Below are positions 37,776 to 48,305 of a stretch of DNA of 64,000 nt, in pieces. The stretch's first letter is position 1. Every line of letters starts with the position of its first letter. The notes under the pieces were generated by a model. That model saw only the letters and a program-made list of their open reading frames with translations. It did not search any database and had not been told where the DNA came from. Both the position numbers and the translations under genes were made by a program. Origin of the DNA: a virus. The stretch lies in the IMG/VR virus record IMGVR_UViG_3300027996_000011, positions 1-64,000 of that record; one strand, written 5' to 3'.

Positions 37776-38690
37776 ATGAAAAAAGTAATAGTTACAGGAG
37801 GGGCTGGATTTATAGGTTCACATTTAGTGGATAAATTAATATCTAAAGGTGTGACAGTTATTGTATTAGATAACCTATCATCAGGTAAAGAAAAAAATAT
37901 AAATCCCAAGGCTACACACATAAATGTGGATTTAAGTACTATGGATACCAAAAAATTTCATTGGGAGTTATATCCTATGAAGTTTTTTAAAAATGTCGAC
38001 ACCGTTTTTCATTTGGCAGCTACACCACAAGTACAATATTCCATAGAGAACCCAACAGATAACAATAATTTAGACTCTTTAATTAATATTTTAGATTTAA
38101 GTAGGGTTATAGAAGCAAAAAGATTTGTATTCAGCAGTAGTTCTGCTGTTTATGGTAACCCAACTTACACACCAATAGATGAAAATCACCCACTAAACCC
38201 ATTAAGTCCTTATGCTCTACACAAATTAATTGGTGAACAGTATTGTAAACTGTACTCGAACTTGTATAATTTAGATACAGCGTGTTTAAGGTATTTTAAT
38301 GCATATGGTAATAGAATGCCTAACAAAGGAGCTTACAGAAGTGTAATATCTATTTTTATGGAACAAACTGAAAAAAAACAACTACTTAATATTGTAAATG
38401 ACGGTGAACAAAAAAGAGATTTTGTACATGTAGAAGACATTGTCCAAGCAAACATTCTATGTGCTGAATCAAAAAATAATCTTAATGGTGAAATATTTAA
38501 TGTGGGTACCGGTAAAGCTTTTACTGTTAATGAAATAGCTAATATGTTTGGTGGTGAAAAAAAATATGGTGAGCTTAGGATTGAACCCAAGGATTCGGTA
38601 GCTGAAAACGCAAAAATAATTTTAGACTTGGGTTGGTCACCTACGGGAAACTTAAATAATTGGATAAATAAAATATTAAATAATGAATAG
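37776..38690 (+). CDS. NAD-dependent nucleotide-sugar epimerase/dehydratase
   Basis: TGGAGFIGSH, SSSAVYG, YALHK, LRYFNAYG. Confidence 0.9.
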   Translation: MKKVIVTGGAGFIGSHLVDKLISKGVTVIVLDNLSSGKEKNINPKATHINVDLSTMDTKKFHWELYPMKFFKNVDTVFHLAATPQVQYSIENPTDNNNLDSLINILDLSRVIEAKRFVFSSSSAVYGNPTYTPIDENHPLNPLSPYALHKLIGEQYCKLYSNLYNLDTACLRYFNAYGNRMPNKGAYRSVISIFMEQTEKKQLLNIVNDGEQKRDFVHVEDIVQANILCAESKNNLNGEIFNVGTGKAFTVNEIANMFGGEKKYGELRIEPKDSVAENAKIILDLGWSPTGNLNNWINKILNNE

Positions 38691-39333
38691 TAAGACCATA
38701 TCTTTATGTATTACGTGTTATGATGGTGATTATCATTTACTTAATACATTATTAAATGAGTGTAAAAAACAAACTGTACCACCTAATGAGATTATAATAT
38801 CTTCTAGTGGTTTGGGTAGTGAATCTTTGTTAGGTATTGGTATGATAAAAATAAAAGGAGTGGAGGTGCCGATTATTAGTGTGAATTTTTTAGATAGACA
38901 TTCTGAAGGTAGAGCAAGAAATGAAGGCGGTTTAAAATCAAATATGGACATTATACAGTTTTTTGATGTAGATGATACCCCACACCCCCAAAGAATAGAA
39001 ATAACCAAAAAAATATTCGAGACTACTAATTGTGACGCTTTAGTCCACAGTTACCAAACTAATAATAAAGGGTTTGAGTCTTTAACTTTTACACCTTCTA
39101 AAGTTTTTGATTGTAGGTGGAACCCTGATAATGGTTTGGGTGGTGGCCAACTTATAGCTAACAAAGAATGTAATATAGCTCATGGCCCTATAACAATAAA
39201 AAAAGAGATTTCAGAAAGTATAAAATACACTTTTGATAGTAGAGCTGCGGATTGTAAATTTGCTGGCAAATTAATGGAAAATAACTATAAAGTATTTTAT
39301 TATGATGATATATTAATGAATTATAATTTATAA
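38683..39333 (+). CDS. GT2-like glycosyltransferase
   Basis: ISLCIT, ARNEG, FFDVDD..HPQRIE. Confidence 0.7.
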   Translation: MNSKTISLCITCYDGDYHLLNTLLNECKKQTVPPNEIIISSSGLGSESLLGIGMIKIKGVEVPIISVNFLDRHSEGRARNEGGLKSNMDIIQFFDVDDTPHPQRIEITKKIFETTNCDALVHSYQTNNKGFESLTFTPSKVFDCRWNPDNGLGGGQLIANKECNIAHGPITIKKEISESIKYTFDSRAADCKFAGKLMENNYKVFYYDDILMNYNL

Positions 39334-39334
39334 C

Positions 39335-40090
39335 ATGGAAAACTACACTACATACTGTTGGTGGACAGGTGATAACGAACTATCAGAAAATAGAAAAAAG
39401 TCCTTAGAGACCATGAAAATAGCACCTGGGGGTAATATTGTCTTCATAGATAAGGACAATTTAAAAGATTATATATTACCGGAATCCCCATTACATGAAG
39501 GGTACCATTACCTTTCACCAATCCAAAAAGGTGATTATTTAAAATGTTATTTTATGCATCATTATGGTGGTGGTTATAGTGATATAAAACAAACTTCTAA
39601 ACCGTGGACTGAATACTTTGATAGGTTAAATGAAAATAAAGATTTGTACGCTATAGGGTATGGTGAAAGGGAACCAAATCATGTAGCTTGTCTAGAAGAT
39701 TGTAGGTTAGACCCTCAAGAATCAATTAAATGTAGAACCAACACACTTAGTGAAGATGGTAAATCGTGGACATCCCAACACCTAAGAAATAACTGGACTA
39801 AGTTAATTGGTTGTGGGTTAATGATTTGTAGAAAAAATACACCTTTTACTCGTGACTGGTGGGAAGCTTTAAATGAAAAAATGGATGGATACCTAGAAGA
39901 ATTAAAAAAGTACCCCTCTCAATGGCCTCGAGATTCTCATAACCATGTAAACCCTAATACTGGTGAAAAATCTAAATATCCAATTGCGTGGGCGGTATTA
40001 CACGGACATGTATATCATCCACTAACTTTAAAACACCATAAAAATATAGACCAGGATTTAACCTACCCTGTAATGAGTAATTACCAATAA
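39335..40090 (+). CDS. GT32-like (DxD) glycosyltransferase
   Basis: DYLKCYFMHHYGGGYSDIK. Confidence 0.7.
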   Translation: MENYTTYCWWTGDNELSENRKKSLETMKIAPGGNIVFIDKDNLKDYILPESPLHEGYHYLSPIQKGDYLKCYFMHHYGGGYSDIKQTSKPWTEYFDRLNENKDLYAIGYGEREPNHVACLEDCRLDPQESIKCRTNTLSEDGKSWTSQHLRNNWTKLIGCGLMICRKNTPFTRDWWEALNEKMDGYLEELKKYPSQWPRDSHNHVNPNTGEKSKYPIAWAVLHGHVYHPLTLKHHKNIDQDLTYPVMSNYQ

Positions 40091-40092
40091 CT

Positions 40093-40653
40093 ATGAGTTC
40101 ACATTCACACTGGTCTACGGCCACCGATAAAATTTTTATTAAAAAAATATATGATAATATAGGGGCATACATCAATCAAGGAACTATCCTAGATTTAGGT
40201 GTTGAGGATTATAATTTTGATTGTAATGGGTTTATTGATAACCAGTCTGTAAAATATTGGCAATTGGAACCTAATCGAGTTTGTGGAAATAATGATGGTT
40301 TTTTTAATTGTACCGTACAGGAATGTTTGGACAAGTATCCTGGTAATGAAAATAAATTTGATTCTATATTAGATTTTGGGGTTTTGGGTTGGAATGGAAT
40401 TAGGTTTTCCCAAGAAGAACAAGAAAAATATATTAGTGTTATCCTTAAACTCTTAAAACCTGGTGGTTTATATATTTTACATGGTGATAGAGTTGAGGAG
40501 GATGAAGAGTATAAAATTAATATAGATAAATTTATATCTCCTAACTTTGAGTTGGTTTCGGTTATGGGGTTTAAGTCTCATGAGATTATAGAGTGCCCTA
40601 GATGGGGTACCGTATGGGATATAAGATTTTTTAAGAAAAATATAAAAATATGA
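40093..40653 (+). CDS. Class I SAM-dependent methyltransferase
   Basis: ILDLGV, FDSIL..GVLGW, LLKPGGLYI. Confidence 0.7.
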   Translation: MSSHSHWSTATDKIFIKKIYDNIGAYINQGTILDLGVEDYNFDCNGFIDNQSVKYWQLEPNRVCGNNDGFFNCTVQECLDKYPGNENKFDSILDFGVLGWNGIRFSQEEQEKYISVILKLLKPGGLYILHGDRVEEDEEYKINIDKFISPNFELVSVMGFKSHEIIECPRWGTVWDIRFFKKNIKI

Positions 40654-41231
40654 AAAAAGTATTACTAGACTGTGGTGCAAATCATTTTCAAGGACTTAAA
40701 AAATTAATAACTGACTTAGATGTTGATTCAGGGTGGGTTGTGCATTCTTTTGAACCTAACCCTAACATTAGTGTTCCTGCACCCCCCAACGTCACACTTC
40801 ATCGTAAAGCGATATGGATAGAAGATGGTATACAACCATTTGCTGTAGAATCTTCAAGAGCGGAGACGGGGTGTGATATTAATACTGGTGGTGGTTCCAC
40901 ACTAAACCAGAATGAGTTAATTCAAAACCTTTCCTCACCAGTAAGTTTTACTAAAATAGATGTACCAACCATAGACTTCTCCGAATTTATAAAAAATAAT
41001 TTTTCAAAAGAGGATTACATAGTGGTTAAAATGGACATTGAGGGGGCTGAGTTTGAGGTCATATCTAAATTAATAGATACCGGGGTGGTACATTATATTA
41101 ATTACTTACTTATCGAATATCACGATAAAACTTTTAAAACAGCACCTATAACACCTAGACCATTTTCACGAATTAAGTGTGAACAAATAAAATTTTTTAA
41201 CGATAATAATATTAAATTTGAATTATACTAA
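40650..41231 (+). CDS. FkbM-family methyltransferase
   Basis: LDCGAN, SFEPNP, KMDIEGAE, IEYH. Confidence 0.85.
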   Translation: MKKVLLDCGANHFQGLKKLITDLDVDSGWVVHSFEPNPNISVPAPPNVTLHRKAIWIEDGIQPFAVESSRAETGCDINTGGGSTLNQNELIQNLSSPVSFTKIDVPTIDFSEFIKNNFSKEDYIVVKMDIEGAEFEVISKLIDTGVVHYINYLLIEYHDKTFKTAPITPRPFSRIKCEQIKFFNDNNIKFELY

Positions 41232-41833
41232 TGAAATACAAAAACACAAATAAATTAATGATTGTGGCTCATGCAGATGATGAGTTAATTTGGGCTGGTG
41301 AAACACTACTAAAAGAGAAAGGACAGTGGGATATACTTTGTGTTGTTACACCAGACCACCAAAGTAAATTTAGGATACCAATGTTTTTAGAGAGTGTAAG
41401 TAACTACCTAGAATGCAACACTACAATGTTAGACTTTATAGATACTGGATGGAGGAGTAACACTCAAGCAAACCCAATCCGTGGTGATATAAACATACCT
41501 ATTTTAGAAAAGATTAAAAGTAAAGAATGGTCTATGATTTTAACTCACGGTGAATCCGGTGAATATGGTCATTACCACCACACTCAAGTACACCAATCAG
41601 TAAAAAGTATATTAACTGAAATTAATAAACTAGAAAAGCTTTTTGTGTTCGACCCAATTAAACACCCACATCCTTTAGTTTTATCTAAAGAAAAATTATC
41701 TTTGTTCGAAACCACATACGATATTGAAAGTAACTTACCACCAAGTCACCCTAGACAATGGATACATGGATGGAACACTAGTATGGGTTGGGAGGAGAGA
41801 ATAGTAAATTACAAAACTAAAAAAATATTATGA
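41231..41833 (+). CDS. PIG-L/LmbE-family N-deacetylase
   Basis: VAHADDE, THGESGEYGHYHH. Confidence 0.8.
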   Translation: MKYKNTNKLMIVAHADDELIWAGETLLKEKGQWDILCVVTPDHQSKFRIPMFLESVSNYLECNTTMLDFIDTGWRSNTQANPIRGDINIPILEKIKSKEWSMILTHGESGEYGHYHHTQVHQSVKSILTEINKLEKLFVFDPIKHPHPLVLSKEKLSLFETTYDIESNLPPSHPRQWIHGWNTSMGWEERIVNYKTKKIL

Positions 41834-42537
41834 AAAATGAATTATGTATACACCACCACTTAGGTTTAGGTGACCATTTTGATATGAACGGTATGGTTAG
41901 AAATTACCTTAAGGAATATGACAAAGTACATATTTTTTCTAAACCAAATTACTACAAAATGATTGATTACATGTATAGGGATGAAGATAATATTTTAGTA
42001 GTTGAGATTCCTGGTGGTCCACAGGAGGTAATGCAGGCTGAGGAATATTATAGAAATAGTAATTGTGGTGAATTTTTGAGAATTGGTTTTGAGCATTATC
42101 CCTTTGGGCAAGAAGAATTATATGATAAGAATTGTTGGGAGTTTTTTTATGAACAGGTTGACGTTCCTTATGAAGTTAGAACTGATATGTTTCACGTGAA
42201 ACGTGACAAAGAAGGTGAAAATACACTACTTACTAAACTAAATCCAAACAAAGAAAAATTTATCTTTGTACATGATGATAAATCTAGGGGGTTCGAAGTT
42301 AGACGTAATTATTTTTTAGATAAAAATTTATTAGTTTTAGAAAATGATGTTAGTGAAAATATTTTTCACTTTATAAAATTAATAGAAGAAGCTGAAGAAA
42401 TACATTGTATGGAAAGTTCTATGAAGTCATTGATTGACCTTTATGCTAAAACTGATAATATTTTTTACCACGATTTTAGAAATCAGCCTATTGGTAACTT
42501 AACTCACAAAAAATGGAATGTCATAAAGTATGACTGA
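41830..42537 (+). CDS. Putative GT-B-like glycosyltransferase
   Basis: HHHLGLGD N-terminus, FIFVHDD, AEEIHCMESS. Confidence 0.45.
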   Translation: MKNELCIHHHLGLGDHFDMNGMVRNYLKEYDKVHIFSKPNYYKMIDYMYRDEDNILVVEIPGGPQEVMQAEEYYRNSNCGEFLRIGFEHYPFGQEELYDKNCWEFFYEQVDVPYEVRTDMFHVKRDKEGENTLLTKLNPNKEKFIFVHDDKSRGFEVRRNYFLDKNLLVLENDVSENIFHFIKLIEEAEEIHCMESSMKSLIDLYAKTDNIFYHDFRNQPIGNLTHKKWNVIKYD

Positions 42538-43366
42538 GTTAATAAATTATAACTTTATGACTAGACCCGCATCTCATTGTGTGGATTCTTCTGAAGAATT
42601 TTACAATTCTTGTGGTGTAAGTAGGGGGAACAAAAATGGGTTTTCCATAGAAACATTAAAAGATGGTGATGTTATTTTTGTAAAAACAGACTTTATACAT
42701 AACGGTACGTTCCAAAAACAAATACTACCACAAATAAAAACAAAATTTATTTTAGTTACTGGGGTATCTTCTTTTTCTGTTGACGAGGGGGATAGTTCGT
42801 ACTTGGATATTTTAAATCACCCTAACTTAGTTAAATGGTTTTGTACTAACCCACCCATTAAACCCAACGAAAAAATAGTTTGGTTACCTATTGGGTTTGA
42901 GGAACGTGAACGTGATGGGGGTAATGTTAAAATTTTAAATAATTTTTACAAAAGCCACACGCCTTGGGATAAAAAAGAAAATAAAATTTACATACCTCAC
43001 CATTCTAATACGTTTAAAGATAGAAATTCTATAATAGAAAAATTATCTTTAGAGTCTTATGTAGTAACCGAACCAACTAGACTTTCTTTTGAGGAGTATC
43101 TAAAAAATATGGACAAGTATAAGTTTGTTTTGTCTTTGCGGGGTGCTGGGTGGGATTGTCATAGACACTATGAATGTTTACTAGTTGGTTCCGTGCCAAT
43201 TATGGAAAAAGGCCCAATTCAAAAGTCTTTCGAAAGTAATGGTTTACCTAATTTAGAAATAGGTGAAATTTCACAGAATATATTTGATGACCATTATAAT
43301 TTTTTATCAAGTAAGAATTTCTTGACAATGGACCATCATTTTAATAAAATTAACAATATAAAATAA
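42530..43366 (+). CDS. Exostosin (GT47)-like glycosyltransferase
   Basis: YKFVLSLRGAGWDCHRHYECLLVGSVPI. Confidence 0.7.
   Translation: MTELINYNFMTRPASHCVDSSEEFYNSCGVSRGNKNGFSIETLKDGDVIFVKTDFIHNGTFQKQILPQIKTKFILVTGVSSFSVDEGDSSYLDILNHPNLVKWFCTNPPIKPNEKIVWLPIGFEERERDGGNVKILNNFYKSHTPWDKKENKIYIPHHSNTFKDRNSIIEKLSLESYVVTEPTRLSFEEYLKNMDKYKFVLSLRGAGWDCHRHYECLLVGSVPIMEKGPIQKSFESNGLPNLEIGEISQNIFDDHYNFLSSKNFLTMDHHFNKINNIK
43322..43350 (+). promoter_or_regulatory. Internal sigma70-like promoter
   Basis: TTGACA-N17-TAAAAT in the 3' end of the upstream gene. Confidence 0.55.
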
Positions 43367-43373
43367 TAATACT

Positions 43374-44282
43374 ATGATAGACATATCTTTTGATAAAAAC
43401 CCAATCCTTTATAGAGATTATGAAGCGTGTCAAAACATGCTATCTACTATAAAAAATGAAGACTATAATTACCCAGAAAACGTAACTTTATTTCACATAT
43501 ACACCGAATTTAGAACAGATAAAGAGGTAGAATGTTTAAAGTCTTTTTTGGCTACACAAAACCTAGATAAATGTAAGCTTATAATTTGGTCGGATTACGA
43601 TATAAACGATAATCCACTAATCCAAAAATATAAAAAATATTTAGATTTACGTTTATGGGACGCTAAAAAAGAAGCTGAGGGTACTGTTTTAGAAGGTATA
43701 CCACATTTAGATGCTATAGATGATAAACACTACCTACAAAGTGATTTATTAAGAATATTAGTTCTTTATAAGTATGGGGGTGTGTGGGTTGATATGGATA
43801 TTATATTTTTAAGGGACTTTAGACCTATCTTAGACCAAGAATATATGTACCAATGGGGTGGTGATACCGATTTTTCAAACCAGGGAGCTTGTGCTACGGT
43901 ACTTTCCGGTTTTAAAGAAAGTGAGTTTATGTTTAAACTATTACAAGGAATAGTAGAGTCTAGAATTATTCCAGCTACTACAATATGGGGTAAAGATTTG
44001 TTCGCTACGTTATGGAAAAAATGGCCTAATTTTACTATTTTTCCATCACCATTTTTTAATACGGAATGGTTAATTAGTAAAAAAGATGTTAAATTAAGTG
44101 AAGATATAGAAAGTGGTTGGTTTATTAATAATGGTGTTGGGGACAAACATTTATTTTTAGATTCATTTGCTTGGCACTGGCATAACTCAAGTAAAAAACA
44201 TTTACCAATACAAGAGGGGTCTAAATTTTATGCTTTACAAAAATTAACAAATAAAAGATTAAAAGAAAAAGGAATATTATGA
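43374..44282 (+). CDS. GT32 (DxD; alpha-1,4-glycosyltransferase-like)
   Basis: SDLLRILVLYKYGGVWVDMD, WHWHN. Confidence 0.85.
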   Translation: MIDISFDKNPILYRDYEACQNMLSTIKNEDYNYPENVTLFHIYTEFRTDKEVECLKSFLATQNLDKCKLIIWSDYDINDNPLIQKYKKYLDLRLWDAKKEAEGTVLEGIPHLDAIDDKHYLQSDLLRILVLYKYGGVWVDMDIIFLRDFRPILDQEYMYQWGGDTDFSNQGACATVLSGFKESEFMFKLLQGIVESRIIPATTIWGKDLFATLWKKWPNFTIFPSPFFNTEWLISKKDVKLSEDIESGWFINNGVGDKHLFLDSFAWHWHNSSKKHLPIQEGSKFYALQKLTNKRLKEKGIL

Positions 44283-44665
44283 AAATAGAGGTTTCAATAG
44301 GAGAAGTGGTTGATAAGATTACCATACTACAGATTAAAGAAGAAAAAATTATAGATTTATTAAAACTAGAACATATAAAGCATGAATTATTGGTTTTAGA
44401 AAATACGCTTACAGAATCAAAAATAGTGGTACCTATAAATCTAATAGAAAAACTTAAAGAAGTTAATTTAAAATTGTGGGATGCTGAAGATATTATACGT
44501 GATAGGGAAAATAGGAATTTATTTGACGATGAATTTGTTAAATGTGCAAGACTAGACGCTAAGTTAAACGACGAAAGATTTTTAATTAAGAATGAAATAA
44601 ATAATGCTTGTGAATCTAACATTAAAGAACAAAAATCATATGAGGGACTTTATTCCGCAAATTGA
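44279..44665 (+). CDS. DUF6165-like protein
   Basis: VSIGEVVDKITILQIK...NLKLWDAED...NDER..IK.EIN...EQKSY. Confidence 0.7.
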   Translation: MKIEVSIGEVVDKITILQIKEEKIIDLLKLEHIKHELLVLENTLTESKIVVPINLIEKLKEVNLKLWDAEDIIRDRENRNLFDDEFVKCARLDAKLNDERFLIKNEINNACESNIKEQKSYEGLYSAN

Positions 44666-45740
44666 GCCTTGGATAGACGATAATGAATTAAAACACTTAA
44701 AGAGAGTGGTGGATTCTACCTATGTTGTGGAACACGAACTAACTAAGGAATTTGAGTCTGTAATTAAGGAGTATACTGGTAGTAAACACGCTGTAGCCAT
44801 GACTAATGGTACTATGGCTTTATATTCTTGCCTATTAGCTTTAGGACTTAAACCTGGTGACGAAGTAATTGTACCTAATCTGACTTTTATAGCTAGTTCA
44901 AACGCTGTTTTAATGGCTAATGGGGTACCTGTATTATGTGAGGTAACTAAAGACACTTTGTGTTTGGACCCTGTTGAATTAGAGAAATGCATAACTAAGA
45001 AAACTAAGATAATAATGCCAGTACACCTATATGGTCAAAGTGCTGATATGAAATCAATTACAGAAATAGCTAAAAAATATAATTTAAAAATATTAGAGGA
45101 TGCGGCACAGGGTGTTGGTGTTTTTTCTGGTGGTAAACATGTTGGTACTTTTGGGGATTGCGGGATACTTTCTTTTTATGGTAATAAAACAATTACTTGT
45201 GGTGAAGGGGGTGTTATTTTAACAGACGATGATGAAATAGCTAAAGAATGTTATAGGTTAAAAAATCACGGTAGGGATAGAAAGGGTATTTTTGAACACG
45301 AGCATATAGGTTTTAATTTTTGTTTTACTGAAATGCAAGCCGCTATTGGGATATCTCAAATGGAAAAATTAGATAGAATAATAGATAGAAAAAATACTTG
45401 TCACGAAAAATACAAAAGTGGTTTAGTGGGTATTGGGGACCTATCTTTCTTTGAGTTTACTGAGTCTACCCGACCTGTTCACTGGTTTACATCGATATTA
45501 ACTAGTTACAAAATAGAACTTTCTGATTATCTTTTAGAAAAAGGGATACAAAGTAGGTTTTTCTTTTATCCCCTTAATTTACAACCTTGTTATAAAAACG
45601 TTTTAGATACTAGTGGGGACTTTAATATTAGTAGTGAAATGTATGATAAAGGTTTGTCGTTACCATCCAGTTATAACTTAACAGATGAGGAACAAAATTA
45701 TGTTATTAAAACAATTAAAGAATTTTTTAAAAAGAAATGA
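44640..45740 (+). CDS. DegT-family PLP aminotransferase, GDP-perosamine synthase-like
   Basis: EDAAQ and SFYGNKTITCGEGG (catalytic Lys present). Start reassigned to ATG 44640. Confidence 0.8.
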   Translation: MRDFIPQIEPWIDDNELKHLKRVVDSTYVVEHELTKEFESVIKEYTGSKHAVAMTNGTMALYSCLLALGLKPGDEVIVPNLTFIASSNAVLMANGVPVLCEVTKDTLCLDPVELEKCITKKTKIIMPVHLYGQSADMKSITEIAKKYNLKILEDAAQGVGVFSGGKHVGTFGDCGILSFYGNKTITCGEGGVILTDDDEIAKECYRLKNHGRDRKGIFEHEHIGFNFCFTEMQAAIGISQMEKLDRIIDRKNTCHEKYKSGLVGIGDLSFFEFTESTRPVHWFTSILTSYKIELSDYLLEKGIQSRFFFYPLNLQPCYKNVLDTSGDFNISSEMYDKGLSLPSSYNLTDEEQNYVIKTIKEFFKKK

Positions 45741-46891
45741 ATATACCATTAGTCAAAAATACAATAAATAAAGAAGATATAGATAAATTAATAGAGTGGT
45801 TAAAAACGTACCCTAGATTAACTAAAGGCGATTTAACAATAGAGTTTGAACAGTTATGGTCTAAATTTATGGGTGTAAAGCATTCTATTTTTGTTAATTC
45901 TGGTTCTTCTGCTAATCTAGTTATGGTTTATGCGTTAATAGAATCAGGTATTTTAAAAATAGGTGATGATATTATAATACCTTCACTATCCTGGTCTACA
46001 AGTTTAGCACCAGCTATACAGTTTGGACTTAACCCAGTTTTATGTGATTGTAATAAGGAAGATTTATCGGTAGATTTAGAGCATCTGGTGTCTTTAATTA
46101 AAGATAGACAACCTAAATGTATGATGATTGTACCTATATTAGGTCTAGTACCACAAATGGATAAAATAATGGATATCTGTGAAAAATATAACGTTGTTTT
46201 AATTGAGGATGCTTGTGAGTCTTTAGGTTCTAAATTTAATGATAAAAAATTAGGTTCTTTTGGGTTAATGTCGACTTTTTCAACTTATTTTGGTCATCAC
46301 ATATCTACTATCGAAGGTGGTATGGTTTGTACTAATGATGATGATTTTGCTAACTTATTAAAATCACTTAGAAGTCATGGTTGGGCTAGAGACATGGATA
46401 CAAATGCTCAAGAAAAATTACGTAAAGAATATAATGTGGATGATTTTAATACACAATATACTTTTTACCACACTGGATTTAATTTACGGTCCACCGACCT
46501 TCAGGCTTTTCTTGGTATAGGTCAATTAGAAAAATTACCTATGGTGGTAAAAAATAGGTGTGATAATTTTAAACTATATTATGAATTATTGGATGACTCT
46601 TTTTGGAAACCAAAGCTAAGAGACACTGATTACATTTCAAATTTCGCTTTTCCAATAATACACGAAAAAAGAAATGAGTTAGTAAAACTATTAAATGATA
46701 ATAATATAGAAAACAGACCATTACTAGCTGGTTCTTTAGGTAAACAACCCTATTGGTATAAAAAATATGGTATAAATAAGTTACCTAATGTAGATGATAT
46801 AGATACCTTTGGATTATATCTACCTAATAATCACGAAATGTCAGAAGAAGAAATAAAAAAAGTTTGTAACGTCTTAAACTCCATAGTATAA
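45737..46891 (+). CDS. colD: GDP-4-keto-6-deoxy-D-mannose 3-dehydratase (ColD-like)
   Basis: NSGSSANL, EDACES, STYFGHHISTIEGG (His replaces the catalytic Lys), SHGW.R. No E1-type Fe-S Cys motif. Confidence 0.75.
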   Translation: MNIPLVKNTINKEDIDKLIEWLKTYPRLTKGDLTIEFEQLWSKFMGVKHSIFVNSGSSANLVMVYALIESGILKIGDDIIIPSLSWSTSLAPAIQFGLNPVLCDCNKEDLSVDLEHLVSLIKDRQPKCMMIVPILGLVPQMDKIMDICEKYNVVLIEDACESLGSKFNDKKLGSFGLMSTFSTYFGHHISTIEGGMVCTNDDDFANLLKSLRSHGWARDMDTNAQEKLRKEYNVDDFNTQYTFYHTGFNLRSTDLQAFLGIGQLEKLPMVVKNRCDNFKLYYELLDDSFWKPKLRDTDYISNFAFPIIHEKRNELVKLLNDNNIENRPLLAGSLGKQPYWYKKYGINKLPNVDDIDTFGLYLPNNHEMSEEEIKKVCNVLNSIV

Positions 46892-47334
46892 TGAGTGAGG
46901 CAAAACCAATACCCCAAGACTTATATAATGAAATTTTGAGTACCATGCCTATAATTTGTGTAGATGGGATTATACAAAAAGGGGATGAGACACTTTTATT
47001 ATTAAGGGATAATGAACCTGAAAAAGGTAAATGGTGGTTTCCTGGTGGTCGTGTTTTAAAAGGTGAAAGATTGGAAGATGCTATTATTAGAAAGATAAAA
47101 GAGGAGACTGGTTTACTTTGTGAAGTTTTAGAAATGTTAGACATCACCCAAACATCATTTACAACAGGACCTAATGATATACCAGTACACACAATTAATG
47201 TCTGCTTTACTTTAAAAATAAAAAGTGGTGTCGTATCTCTAGATAGTGAACATAATGAGTATGGTTGGTTTACAGAAGCTCCAGAGACCGCACATTCAGT
47301 AATAAAATATATTTTTAAAAAATTAAAAAAATGA
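46891..47334 (+). CDS. gmm: GDP-mannose mannosyl hydrolase (Nudix)
   Basis: P..CVD, R..EP.KG.W..PGGRV.KGE, EETG, EH..Y.WF. Confidence 0.75.
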   Translation: MSEAKPIPQDLYNEILSTMPIICVDGIIQKGDETLLLLRDNEPEKGKWWFPGGRVLKGERLEDAIIRKIKEETGLLCEVLEMLDITQTSFTTGPNDIPVHTINVCFTLKIKSGVVSLDSEHNEYGWFTEAPETAHSVIKYIFKKLKK

Positions 47335-48305
47335 AAACAGCACTAATAACAGGTATTAACGGTCAGGATGGTTCTTATCTTGCTGAATTTTTATTGGATA
47401 AGGGTTATGAGGTTTGGGGTATACTAAAACGTAATTCTGTGGCCGAAAATCAAACAGCTAGAATACCAGATAATATTTTTAAAGAGTTGAATTTAGTTTA
47501 TGGTGATTTAACTGACCTTTCGTCTATAATAAGTGTAATTCAAAAATGTGTACCTGATGAAATTTATAATCTAGCTGCACAATCTCATGTTAGGATTAGT
47601 TTTGACCAACCAATATATACTTCTAATGTAACTGGTCTAGGTGTTTTAAATTTACTAGAAGCTGTTAGATTAACTGACCCTAAAATTAAAGTATACCAAG
47701 CCAGTTCTTCAGAAATGTTTGGTAATAGTATTGATGAGGATGGGTACCAACGAGAGACCACACCACTTAACCCTGTTTCACCATATGGTTGTGCTAAGGT
47801 TTTTGGTTACAACATATGTAGAAATTATAGAAACTCGTATAATATGTTCATTTCTAATGGTATTTTATTTAACCACGAATCACCTAGAAGAGGAATTAAT
47901 TTTGTAACAAATAAAGTCGCGAAAGAGGCTGTAAAAATAAAATTGGGGTTGTCTGATGAATTAAAATTAGGTAATTTAGATGCTAGTCGGGATTGGGGTC
48001 ACGCTAAAGATTACGTTGAAGCGATGTGGTTAATGTTACAACAGGATAAACCTGGTGATTATGTTTGTTCGACTGGTGTTTCTCATAGTGTAAAAGACTT
48101 GGTAGAGTACGTGTTCAACTCATTAGGGTTGGATTGGTCCAAATATGTATCTGTGGATGAAAAATATCTTAGACCCGAAGAACTAAAACACTTAAAAGGT
48201 GATTGTTCTAAAATTAAAAAGGATTTGGGTTGGTCACCTAATTATAACTTCGAGTCTATGATGGACGAGATGATTGAGTATTGGGTAGAATATTATGAAA
48301 AATAA
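47331..48305 (+). CDS. gmd: GDP-mannose 4,6-dehydratase
   Basis: ALITGINGQDGSYLAE, YNLAAQSHV, QASSSE, FNHESPRRG, RDWGHA. Confidence 0.95.
   Translation: MKTALITGINGQDGSYLAEFLLDKGYEVWGILKRNSVAENQTARIPDNIFKELNLVYGDLTDLSSIISVIQKCVPDEIYNLAAQSHVRISFDQPIYTSNVTGLGVLNLLEAVRLTDPKIKVYQASSSEMFGNSIDEDGYQRETTPLNPVSPYGCAKVFGYNICRNYRNSYNMFISNGILFNHESPRRGINFVTNKVAKEAVKIKLGLSDELKLGNLDASRDWGHAKDYVEAMWLMLQQDKPGDYVCSTGVSHSVKDLVEYVFNSLGLDWSKYVSVDEKYLRPEELKHLKGDCSKIKKDLGWSPNYNFESMMDEMIEYWVEYYEK

Noticed and set aside
45737-46891. CDP-sugar E1 dehydrase (DdhC/RfbH)
   Set aside because: It lacks the Cys-rich Fe-S motif and sits beside GDP-pathway genes, so ColD fits better.
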